A stretch of 33,785 nucleotides of DNA from Bacteroidia bacterium (GTDB lineage Bacteria > Bacteroidota > Bacteroidia > 2-12-FULL-35-15): positions 1 through 33,785 of the forward strand of contig JBILYL010000002.1 in assembly GCA_044377775.1 (NCBI GenBank), written 5' to 3'. Positions 10,301 to 18,702 of the stretch are shown one piece after another. The position numbers and the translations under genes are program-made. The notes under the pieces were generated by a model. That model searched no databases and was not told the DNA's origin. It saw only the letters and a program-made list of their open reading frames with translations. Each line of letters begins with the position of its first letter. Within the stretch, counting starts at the first letter, position 1.

Positions 10301-11269
10301 CTAAAGAGACAAAATACCAACCATCCGCATCAGATCAGGATTGAGTTCCTGAATATGTTTAACAGCATTTTGGAAAGGAGTGTGCAAAATATTTTTATCA
10401 ACGATTCCGATCATACTATTTTTTTCGCCATTCATCAATGCTTCCACGGCAGCGAAACCCATTCTGCTGCTATTCACTCGATCCATAGCCGTGGGGTTTC
10501 CTCCACGCTGAATATGACCAAGAACAGTGATACGCGTATCGTAATCAGGTAAACGTTTTTTAACTTTTTCAGCAATTACAAAAGCACCACCCGCTTCGTC
10601 CCCTTCAGCAACAATAATTATTTTGGAGGATTTGCTTTTACGTCCGCCTTCCAATCGCTTGATCAGATCTTCAATATCCGTTTTAGTTTCCGGCATTAAA
10701 ATACTCTCCGCTCCAACACCTATTCCTCCACGCAATGCAATCAATCCGGCATCACGACCCATTACTTCAACAAAAAATAAGCGGTCGTGACTTTCAGCTG
10801 TATCACGGATTTTATCAACCGCTTCTACAACCGTATTGATAGCTGTATCATATCCGATAGTAAAATCTGTCCCAACCAAATCATTATCGATTGTCCCCGG
10901 ACAACCAACAAAAGGGATGTTACACATTTTACTGAATTCCAACGCTCCTTTAAAAGTTCCATCACCACCAATTGCAACAACACCATCAATGCCATGTTTA
11001 AGTAAATTTGCTTTCGCCTTTTTTTGCCCTTCCAGCGTCATAAACTCTTTACTGCGAGCCGTTTTCAACACAGTGCCTCCTCTGTGAATAATATTAGCAA
11101 CAGACCTAGAATTCATTTCAATAAATTCATCTTTAATCATTCCATCATAACCATGAAGAATTCCGACAACGTCTATTTTATGAAAAATAGCCGTCCGGAC
11201 TACAGCACGCAAACAAGCATTCATACCGGGCGAATCGCCTCCTGAAGTAAAAACAGCAATTTTTTTCAT
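10301..11269 (-). CDS. pfkA: ATP-dependent 6-phosphofructokinase
   Basis: 322 aa. Contains MKKIAVFTSGGDSPGMNA, GGDGT, PGTIDNDL, MGR and GHIQRGG, the canonical PfkA motifs. Confidence 0.95.
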   Translation of the reverse strand: MKKIAVFTSGGDSPGMNACLRAVVRTAIFHKIDVVGILHGYDGMIKDEFIEMNSRSVANIIHRGGTVLKTARSKEFMTLEGQKKAKANLLKHGIDGVVAIGGDGTFKGALEFSKMCNIPFVGCPGTIDNDLVGTDFTIGYDTAINTVVEAVDKIRDTAESHDRLFFVEVMGRDAGLIALRGGIGVGAESILMPETKTDIEDLIKRLEGGRKSKSSKIIIVAEGDEAGGAFVIAEKVKKRLPDYDTRITVLGHIQRGGNPTAMDRVNSSRMGFAAVEALMNGEKNSMIGIVDKNILHTPFQNAVKHIQELNPDLMRMVGILSL

Positions 11270-11349
11270 AGTAACAATAAATTACAAATACGAATTTATA
11301 AAGTTAATGAATTTAACACCAATGATGAGCATCACACCCACCTAGGAAT

Positions 11350-12543
11350 TTAGTCAGCGCGAGAAACTGAAGATTCGTTTTCCCCGGTATTACGACCTTC
11401 CAACTTATGTATTTTTTTTGTGCCCTGATACATTTCAAATTTCATAAAACGGCACTCCAACTGACCGTTATACAACTGAATTTTCCGGGAAGGACGAAGT
11501 CCGACATGCTTGAATGCTTCCATGTTAGAACTCAGGATCCAACAATCGTATCCCGAGAAATTTTTCTTGAACGTATCGCCCATCATTTTGTATAGTTCCT
11601 CAATATTATCTTTCACCATTCGCTCGCCATAAGGTGGATTAATAATAACAACACCTCTTCCCGGGGGAACTTCAAAGTCTTTCATATCGCAATTCTTAAT
11701 TGAGACAATATCATCCACCTTCGCATGTTTGATGTTTTCTTTCGCTTTTTTTGCAACATTGGGTGACAACTCACCACCAAGAATTTTTTGTTCGTGATTC
11801 GTAATTTTATTTACGGCAGCATCAAAAATGGTATTCCAAAGTTCTTCATCAAAGGGCATAAATTTTTCCCATCGTTCAAAACCAAAATCTTCACGGTAAT
11901 AACCTGGAGGAATATTGTTTGCAATTAAAGCCGCTTCAATTAAGATTGTACCTGAACCGCACATCGGATCGATAAAATTAGTTCGCTTATCCCAGCCGGT
12001 CAACAAAACCAGCCCGGCAGCCAATACTTCATTAATAGGAGCCAAATTGGTTTTATCGCGGTAACCACGCTTGTGTAGTGATTCACCTGAACTATCTAAT
12101 GCAACAGTACAAATATCATTGTGTATATGAAGATTGATCCGGATCGTAGGTTTTTCAAGATCAACAGATGGACGGGCATCGTATTTCAACCGGAACTGAT
12201 CAACGATGGCATCTTTGGCCTTTTGAGAAATATATTGTGAATGGGTGAACAGATCGGTACTTAAAACAGTATCAATCGCAATAGTATCTGTAACATTGAT
12301 GTAATCCTCCCAGTTGATCAACTGCATGGCGGTGTACAAGGATTTTTCGTCAGTCACTTTAAATGTCTTAAAAGGAACCAGGATCCGAAGAGCGGTGCGC
12401 AAACACAAGTTTGCTTTATACATAAACCCCTGATCGCCAGTGAAGCTAACAGCACGGTTATGAATTTCTACATTTTTGGCACCCAATCGTTGTAATTCAA
12501 GTGACAATAATTCTTCCAAACCAAAAATGGTTTTGGCAATCAT
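11350..12543 (-). CDS. THUMP-domain class I SAM-dependent RNA methyltransferase (RlmL/YpsC-like)
   Basis: The likely start is MIAKTIFGLEELL; the ORF-track start at 12588 is a TTG. Contains DPMCGSGTILIEAA (SAM motif I) and INPPYGER (motif IV). Confidence 0.9.
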   Translation of the reverse strand: MIAKTIFGLEELLSLELQRLGAKNVEIHNRAVSFTGDQGFMYKANLCLRTALRILVPFKTFKVTDEKSLYTAMQLINWEDYINVTDTIAIDTVLSTDLFTHSQYISQKAKDAIVDQFRLKYDARPSVDLEKPTIRINLHIHNDICTVALDSSGESLHKRGYRDKTNLAPINEVLAAGLVLLTGWDKRTNFIDPMCGSGTILIEAALIANNIPPGYYREDFGFERWEKFMPFDEELWNTIFDAAVNKITNHEQKILGGELSPNVAKKAKENIKHAKVDDIVSIKNCDMKDFEVPPGRGVVIINPPYGERMVKDNIEELYKMMGDTFKKNFSGYDCWILSSNMEAFKHVGLRPSRKIQLYNGQLECRFMKFEMYQGTKKIHKLEGRNTGENESSVSRAD

Positions 12544-12978
12544 TTTTATATCGATCTCGTTCTTCAAAGCGTTCTTTTTTTGTTGCAAAGATAGAAATAA
12601 AAAGTGCGGTTCGGCAGACCAAATAGAGAGAGGTGCTGAGTAGCCAAAAAGATAATTTCAGAACAAATTAAAAAATTGCCGGTCTTCGGCTTCAGAATAA
12701 AGTAGAAATTCGATTCCAAAACCACAAACAATTAGCTTTAAAATCCGAATTTCTTCCTAAATCGCTCTGATTTGAATAAAAACAAGAGAAAGAAAGCAGC
12801 AATTTCTAAACACGGAATACAACAATATAAGCTCATAATAAGGACGTTTCTAGCACTTCAGAAATTCAAAACCCTCAAAACCGTAAAAAAACATATTAAG
12901 AATGAATAAGGGGTATTTTTTACTAATTAAAATAATAAAAATATGCTGATGAAATGTTTGATTTATTAGATAAAGTGT

Positions 12979-12986
12979 TATTTTTG
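12979..12986 (+). promoter_or_regulatory. Candidate -7 box (TAnnTTTG) for the 13026 lipoprotein gene
   Basis: TATTTTTG lies 40 bp upstream of the ATG at 13026. This supports 13026, rather than 12954, as the real start. Confidence 0.4.
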
Positions 12987-13025
12987 AGCATTAATTTAAA
13001 AAACATCAAAAACCCCATAATTGAA

Positions 13026-13922
13026 ATGAGATTGAAATTTATCACATTTAGAGGAGCATTTTTATTCTTATCAGCTACCGCATTGCTTTCAGCAGGTTGC
13101 GGAGGTGGAGAAACAAAAGATTCGGATGAATTGCCTCCAGTTGACAGTACCCAAACAACTATTTTGAATGTAAACGGTGAGATTTTCAGTATCCCCTCTC
13201 CGATTCAAACAGCATTCCTAATTAAAGGAAGTGGTGCATCATACAGCAAAGATATCCTTAATCCATCAAATAAATCTTCAGAATATTCCACAAACTTTTC
13301 TAAAGCATTGAATTTAGGAATTTACGGTGCTGACTTAGGTTATGTGACTATTTATGATCAAAACCAAGATGCAATCGGATATTTAAATGCTGCTAAAAAA
13401 CTAGCAGATGAATTAGGTGTTTCAGGAGCATTTGATGCCAATACAATTGAGCGTTTCGCGAAAAACTTGGGAAACAAAGATTCAATGTTAGTTTTAGTGG
13501 GTGTTGCTTACCGTTCAAGTGATGCTTATTTAAAGAATAACGACCGCAGTGATGTTAGCGGATTGGTTTTAGCTGGAGGATGGTTGGAAAGTTTATATTT
13601 CGCGACAAACGTTTATAAAACAAAACCAAACGAAGATGTAAAACGAAGAATTGCTGAGCAAAAAACTTCGTTACAAAGTCTTATCAAATTACTTACTCAG
13701 TTTTACAGTCAACCGGAGTATACCGAGTTCATCGACAACCTGAATGATCTATCAACAGTTTTTGACGGAGTGGAATTTAAATACACGTATGAAAAACCAA
13801 CTACAGATGCTGACAAGAAAGTAACAACGATCAACAGCAAATCGACAGTAAATATCACTCCGGAACAAATTGAGTCAATCACTCAGAAAGTTAAGTCAAT
13901 CAGAAGTCAAATTGTAGGATAA
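13026..13922 (+). CDS. Hypothetical lipoprotein, paralogue of 32531..33394
   Basis: MRLKFITFRGAFLFLSATALLSAGC gives a signal peptide with a lipobox. The core SKALNLGIYGADLGY...NKDSML...LAGGWLESLYF is clearly homologous to SKALNLGVYGADLAY...NKDSLT...VAGSWLEGLYL in the 32531..33394 protein. Confidence 0.75.
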   Translation: MRLKFITFRGAFLFLSATALLSAGCGGGETKDSDELPPVDSTQTTILNVNGEIFSIPSPIQTAFLIKGSGASYSKDILNPSNKSSEYSTNFSKALNLGIYGADLGYVTIYDQNQDAIGYLNAAKKLADELGVSGAFDANTIERFAKNLGNKDSMLVLVGVAYRSSDAYLKNNDRSDVSGLVLAGGWLESLYFATNVYKTKPNEDVKRRIAEQKTSLQSLIKLLTQFYSQPEYTEFIDNLNDLSTVFDGVEFKYTYEKPTTDADKKVTTINSKSTVNITPEQIESITQKVKSIRSQIVG

Positions 13923-13970
13923 TTTCGGATAGCTAATCGCTACATCGTCACATAAAAATTTAAAACAGAA

Positions 13971-14405
13971 ATGAAAAAAGGAATTTTAAAATTAGTATTC
14001 GTTGTTGGTGGATTCATTACAATAAACAGTGCATCGGCACAAATTGCGGATACCGTTGCTTCACAATGTGCAAGACACTTAGAAAATCAATTCATCTCTG
14101 ACGGACAACAATATCGTGCATTATTGATGAACGCTGATGAAACAGCAGAGTTTCATACAACACTTTACGGAGGAACCGTTTATCGTATTGCTGCTTGCAG
14201 TGGATTATCTGATGGGAACTTAGTTTTCTCGGTATATGATTCAGAAAGAAATTTATTGTTTACAAACAGTGAATTTAAAAATGCTCCGTATTGGGATTTC
14301 AAAATCACAAACACACTTGATTGTTTAATAGAAGCAAAATTGAGCGGAAGCGCTCAAGGTTCTGGAAGAGCAGTTTTATTGATCGGCTTTAAACAACAAA
14401 AATAA
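13971..14405 (+). CDS. Small secreted hypothetical protein
   Basis: 144 aa. The signal peptide is MKKGILKLVFVVGGFITINSASAQ. It starts 48 bp after the lipoprotein gene with no intervening hairpin. I recognise no family. Confidence 0.65.
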   Translation: MKKGILKLVFVVGGFITINSASAQIADTVASQCARHLENQFISDGQQYRALLMNADETAEFHTTLYGGTVYRIAACSGLSDGNLVFSVYDSERNLLFTNSEFKNAPYWDFKITNTLDCLIEAKLSGSAQGSGRAVLLIGFKQQK

Positions 14406-14430
14406 TATCGAATAAAAAACCTTTAAAAAA

Positions 14431-14468
14431 AGGCATTAATTACTGCGGTATTAATGTCTTTTTTTTTC
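14431..14468 (+). terminator. Rho-independent terminator between the small secreted protein gene and the ABC gene
   Basis: 10-bp stem, AGGCATTAAT (14431-14440) with ATTAATGTCT (14450-14459), including one G-U pair. The loop is 9 nt and a T9 run follows. Confidence 0.8.
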
Positions 14469-14494
14469 CTTAACTACTTAACTTTTTTCGAGCA

Positions 14495-17400
14495 ATGAGT
14501 GAACGAATATTAAAAGCCTTAATGCAAATGTTTGCAATTATTGCAAGGGTTGACGGCATCAATGACAATGGCCGCCTGATCGTGCAATCTTTCTTAAAGC
14601 AGCAGTTGAATCAGGAATTAGTGGATCAATACTTGGCAATATTTGATGAGTTTTTAGAAGCACATCACCAGGTTACAAAAAAGAAAGACGGAACAGCAAA
14701 ACGCACCTCTTTAAATTCGGTTAAAGTATTAAAGATCTGTACCCAGATAAACGGAGAACTTACTCAGGTTCAAAAAGTAGTTGTACTTCTGCGCTTGATC
14801 GAATTTATCAATTCAAACACAGAGATTGCTGAGCAGGAAATGGAATTCGTTATTACCGTAGCGGAAACATTTAATATTGAGGATGAAGAATTCAGACGCA
14901 GTATGGAATTTGTCAGAGCAGACATCAACAACATCCCTGACTCGTCTCGCATACTTGTGATCGACAATAAGACCAACCATAATTTCAAAGAAACAAAACA
15001 TATTTTTGCAGAAGGTGTTACCGGTCAGGCACGTGTTCTCTGGATTCAGAGTGTAAACATGTATGCCTTATTGTATTATGGCAAAAGTGACATTTTACTT
15101 AACGGACAATTATTAACGCAGGGTAAAGTATTCATCCTGACACCGGGATCATCATTACGGAGCTCGAAAGTAAAACCTGTTTATTACAGCGATATTCTGA
15201 GTGCCTTCATGAGTGACACTTCCAAGGCAAAGGTTTCTTTCGTAGTAAAAAACTTAGAGTATAAATTCAAAGGCGGTAAATTAGGTCTTCGTGATATTAA
15301 CTTCAGCGAAGACTCCGGGAAGCTTATCGGGATTATGGGTGGGTCAGGAGCAGGAAAATCGACACTTCTGAATGTGTTGAACGGAAATGAAATTCCTAGT
15401 GGTGGTTCTGTAAAAATCAACGGAATAAATATTCATTCCGAAAAAGCAAAAATCGAAGGAGTGATCGGACACGTTTCACAGGACGATTTACTGATCGAGG
15501 AATTAACTGTATTCCAGAATTTATTTTACAATGCGAAGCTTTGTTTTGGAAACAAAACAGATGTCGTGATCAACCAAATGGTTACCGATGTTTTAACGAG
15601 TATCGGTTTAATTGAAACCCGCGACTTAAAAGTAGGAAGCCCTTTAGAAAAAACGATCTCCGGTGGTCAACGTAAACGATTGAACATTGCATTGGAATTA
15701 ATTCGTGAACCATCTGTACTTTTTGTTGATGAGCCAACTTCCGGTTTATCATCAAGAGATTCGGAAAACATTATGGACTTACTTAAAGAACTTGCGCTGA
15801 AAGGCAAGTTAGTTTTTGTAGTAATCCACCAGCCATCATCCGACATTTTTAAAATGTTTGACAAGTTGATGATCCTGGATGTGGGTGGTTATCCTATTTA
15901 TTACGGAAACCCGGTTGACTCCGTTATCTATTTCAAAACGGTTGTAAACCACGTTAACAGTAATGAAAGTGAATGTATTGAATGCGGCAACGTTAACCCA
16001 GAACAAGTTTTCAATATTATAGAGTCAAAAGTATTGGACGAATATGGTAACATGACCCGTAACAGGAAAGTTTCTCCATCGGAATGGAATGTTCACTATA
16101 AAGAAAAAATTGAAAAAACCATTGAGGAGGTAGAAAGTATAACAGAAATTCCTGAAAGTACTTTTAAGATCCCTAACAAGTTCAAGCAGTTTAAAGTATT
16201 TATTACACGTGATGTATTATCGAAATTAACAAACACGCAATACATTTCTATTAATTTGCTGGAAGCACCTGCATTGGCATTCATCCTGGCTTACTTCATA
16301 AAATTTATCAATTTAGACTTGTCCAATAAAGTTGGTTACACCTTCCGCGAAAACGAAAACATCATCATTTACATGTTTATGGCTGTGGTTGTGGCCCTTT
16401 TCATTGGATTGACAGTAAGTGCTGAGGAGATCATCCGCGATAGAAAAATCCAAAAACGAGAATCATTCCTTAATCTGAGTAAAGGAAGTTACATCTGGTC
16501 GAAGATCATTATCATGTTCAGCTTATCTGCTATACAAGCTTTCTTATTTGTATTGGTAGGCAACTATGTTTTGGAAATCCAAGGAATGACTTTCCCTTAT
16601 TGGGTTCTATTGTTTAGTTCATTCTGCTTTGCCAATATGTTAGGACTCAACATCTCTTCCAGCTTTAACTCTGCTGTAACGATATACATTTTGATTCCTA
16701 TTTTAATTATTCCGCAATTATTATTTAGCGGTGTGATGGTTAAATTCGACAAATTAAACCCCATCATTACTTCCCAAAGTGTAGTTCCGGCAATTGGCGA
16801 CATGATGGCATCAAGATGGGCATTTGAAGCACTTGCAGTGAAGCAATTCAAAGAAAATAAATTCAATAAAAAAACGTACAAGTACGATAAAGCAATTCAC
16901 ATCGCCACCTACAAAAAAGATTATTGGATAATCGATATGGCGAAAAAGATCGATTTCTGCGAGGCAAACTTCAAAAAACCTGAAAGTAAGCAGGAAGTGA
17001 TTGCTGCATTAGCAATGATACAAAATGAACTTAAGAAAGAATTAAAAGTTCCAGGAAATGAAAAACTGAAAGTTGGCGGAATGGATAAATTAAACATTGG
17101 TGCGTTTAGTCCGACTGTTGCTACTCAAATGCGCGACTTCGTTTCAAATACTTTAAGAACCGTATATCTGAACAACTTCAAACGTGCGACTGAGTTAAAA
17201 GAAAAAGAAGTCAATCTGATGAACAAAGACAGTGTATCACGTTCACAGTATTTAAAAGATAAAGATGATTATGAGAACGAAAGTTTATCCGATCTGGTCA
17301 CAAACAGAAATACCCCTTATCGTATTTTGGATCTTAACGGTGCGTTTGTACAAAAGATCGACCCCATTTATCTGGATCCAGTGGATTCTGATCTAGGGCG

Positions 17401-17587
17401 TGCGCACTTTTTTGCACCGCGCAAAAAAATCTTCGGAAAATACTATGATACATACTGGGTTAACATCTGTGTGATATGGGGAATGTCTCTGACATTAGCT
17501 ATTACACTTTATTTTGATGTATTGAAAAATCTGATCGGTGGATTAGGAAACCTATTCGGCAGATTCAGCAGAAAAAAGGGACGTTAA
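14495..17587 (+). CDS. ABC transporter ATP-binding/permease fusion (ABCG / ABC-2 type) with a TerB-like N-terminal regulatory region
   Basis: 1030 aa. Contains Walker A GGSGAGKST, signature ISGGQRKRLNIA, Walker B LFVDEPTSGL and H-loop VIHQPS, followed by 5 hydrophobic helices, a ~200-aa hydrophilic insert and a final TM (WVNICVIWGMSLTLAITLYF). The first ~135 aa are helical and resemble TerB/DjlA-N-like domains. Confidence 0.9.
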   Translation: MSERILKALMQMFAIIARVDGINDNGRLIVQSFLKQQLNQELVDQYLAIFDEFLEAHHQVTKKKDGTAKRTSLNSVKVLKICTQINGELTQVQKVVVLLRLIEFINSNTEIAEQEMEFVITVAETFNIEDEEFRRSMEFVRADINNIPDSSRILVIDNKTNHNFKETKHIFAEGVTGQARVLWIQSVNMYALLYYGKSDILLNGQLLTQGKVFILTPGSSLRSSKVKPVYYSDILSAFMSDTSKAKVSFVVKNLEYKFKGGKLGLRDINFSEDSGKLIGIMGGSGAGKSTLLNVLNGNEIPSGGSVKINGINIHSEKAKIEGVIGHVSQDDLLIEELTVFQNLFYNAKLCFGNKTDVVINQMVTDVLTSIGLIETRDLKVGSPLEKTISGGQRKRLNIALELIREPSVLFVDEPTSGLSSRDSENIMDLLKELALKGKLVFVVIHQPSSDIFKMFDKLMILDVGGYPIYYGNPVDSVIYFKTVVNHVNSNESECIECGNVNPEQVFNIIESKVLDEYGNMTRNRKVSPSEWNVHYKEKIEKTIEEVESITEIPESTFKIPNKFKQFKVFITRDVLSKLTNTQYISINLLEAPALAFILAYFIKFINLDLSNKVGYTFRENENIIIYMFMAVVVALFIGLTVSAEEIIRDRKIQKRESFLNLSKGSYIWSKIIIMFSLSAIQAFLFVLVGNYVLEIQGMTFPYWVLLFSSFCFANMLGLNISSSFNSAVTIYILIPILIIPQLLFSGVMVKFDKLNPIITSQSVVPAIGDMMASRWAFEALAVKQFKENKFNKKTYKYDKAIHIATYKKDYWIIDMAKKIDFCEANFKKPESKQEVIAALAMIQNELKKELKVPGNEKLKVGGMDKLNIGAFSPTVATQMRDFVSNTLRTVYLNNFKRATELKEKEVNLMNKDSVSRSQYLKDKDDYENESLSDLVTNRNTPYRILDLNGAFVQKIDPIYLDPVDSDLGRAHFFAPRKKIFGKYYDTYWVNICVIWGMSLTLAITLYFDVLKNLIGGLGNLFGRFSRKKGR

Positions 17588-17607
17588 TAATTATTATCTC
17601 AAAACAA

Positions 17608-17643
17608 ATGCTTCACCCGTAAATAAGGTGGAGCATTTTTTAT
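17608..17643 (+). terminator. Rho-independent terminator after the ABC gene
   Basis: 10-bp stem, ATGCTTCACC (17608-17617) with GGTGGAGCAT (17627-17636), including one G-U pair. A T-run follows. The next ATG, at 17648, comes only a few bases later. Confidence 0.8.
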
Positions 17644-17647
17644 TTAT

Positions 17648-18208
17648 ATGGACACAATTTTAATTTACCTGCAACTGGGATTCCAACACATCCTCCCTTG
17701 GGGATTTGATCATGTACTTTTTATACTCTGTTTGTTTTTTTCCGGAGACAATCTCAAATCTATTCTATGGCAGAGCACCGCATTCACCCTTGCGCACTCA
17801 ATCTCACTGGCACTTGCAATGCTGCAATTCGTTCCTGTTTCATCAGCTTTAGTTGAACCGATGATTGCGATTTCGATAGTATTTGCATCGGTAGCAAACA
17901 TATGTACAGACAAACTAATAAAAACAAGAATTCTGCTTGTTTTTTTATTCGGATTAATTCACGGATTAGGATTTGCGGGAGTTTTAAACGAACTGGGATT
18001 GACAGAAGGGCAATTTTTCAAATCATTAATCAGTTTTAATATCGGAGTAGAATTCGGACAGTTGACAGTAATTTTAGCCGCTTGGTTTCTGATTGGAAAA
18101 TGGTTTCACAAAAAAACATGGTACCGGAGACGGATTGTTATACCCGTTTCTACAACCATTGCTGTAATTGCTGTTTATTGGACAATAGAAAGAATATATT
18201 GGGGATAA
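17648..18208 (+). CDS. HupE/UreJ-family membrane protein (putative Ni/Co or other metal transporter)
   Basis: 186 aa, polytopic. The N-terminal motif is GFQHILPWGFDHVLFILCL (H-x-x-x-G-x-D-H), with a later HG.GFAG. This matches the HupE/UreJ_2 pattern. Confidence 0.78.
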   Translation: MDTILIYLQLGFQHILPWGFDHVLFILCLFFSGDNLKSILWQSTAFTLAHSISLALAMLQFVPVSSALVEPMIAISIVFASVANICTDKLIKTRILLVFLFGLIHGLGFAGVLNELGLTEGQFFKSLISFNIGVEFGQLTVILAAWFLIGKWFHKKTWYRRRIVIPVSTTIAVIAVYWTIERIYWG

Positions 18209-18249
18209 AGAAAGAAAATCCAATTAGCGAAACCGATATTTTATTAAAT

Positions 18250-18287
18250 AAAAAGCGAGATAAAATGTTATTTACACTTTATCTCGC
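18250..18287 (-). terminator. Rho-independent terminator of the siaB/siaC-like operon. It may also stop hupE-like transcription from the other side.
   Basis: Perfect 10-bp stem, GCGAGATAAA (18255-18264) with TTTATCTCGC (18278-18287), and a 13-nt loop. On the minus strand it is followed by TTTTTATTT. Confidence 0.8.
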
Positions 18288-18311
18288 AAGTAATTATTCG
18301 GAGTGAAAATA

Positions 18312-18692
18312 TTATTCAGCTACCTGAACCATTTTAAATGGAACATTGATGATTGCTTGATAATCTTCACCTGCTTCTAACATATCCTCATCATCTTCTT
18401 CGTAGTACCAATTAATTACTACAGCACTTCCATTTTTATTGATTGCTTCCAATTTTTTGAATACATCTAAAATACATTTAGATGAACTCGTATTGAAATA
18501 TTCCAATTGAATATTTACGTTTGTTGCTGATTGTGGTTTTCCTGCATATTTTTCTAACCAATCCACTAATGGCTTATAAAACTCAATAGAGTTTTCAGGA
18601 ATAGAGCGACCTTTGATCTCTAAAAATCCTTTTCCTGTGTCAAAAGTAATAGTTGGTGTTTTTGGTGTTCCTTCAATTGAAATTGTTTCCAT
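18312..18692 (-). CDS. SiaC-like regulatory phosphoprotein (DUF1987)
   Basis: 126 aa. Contains PKTPTITFDTGKGFLEIKGRSIPENSIEFYKPLVDWLEKY, which is typical of the DUF1987 N-terminus, then LEYFNTSSSK with Thr at residue 68, and an acidic C-terminus, WYYEEDDEDMLEAGED. Confidence 0.85.
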   Translation of the reverse strand: METISIEGTPKTPTITFDTGKGFLEIKGRSIPENSIEFYKPLVDWLEKYAGKPQSATNVNIQLEYFNTSSSKCILDVFKKLEAINKNGSAVVINWYYEEDDEDMLEAGEDYQAIINVPFKMVQVAE

Positions 18693-18702
18693 AATCTTAT
18701 TT

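Noticed and set aside
12954-13025. N-terminal extensions proposed by the ORF track: 12954 for the lipoprotein, and similarly 2046, 5406, 9475, 10274, 12588, 25236 and 28337.
   Set aside because: In each case a downstream ATG starts a canonical signal peptide or conserved N-terminus. The extension either starts at TTG or adds residues before a signal peptide, which would block export. At 12979-12986 a -7 box even lies inside the proposed extension.
17648-18208. The HupE/UreJ gene as evidence of a hydrogenase or urease accessory cluster.
   Set aside because: No hydrogenase, urease or Ni-chaperone genes lie anywhere in the window. The gene appears to be stand-alone, so only a generic metal-transport role is claimed.
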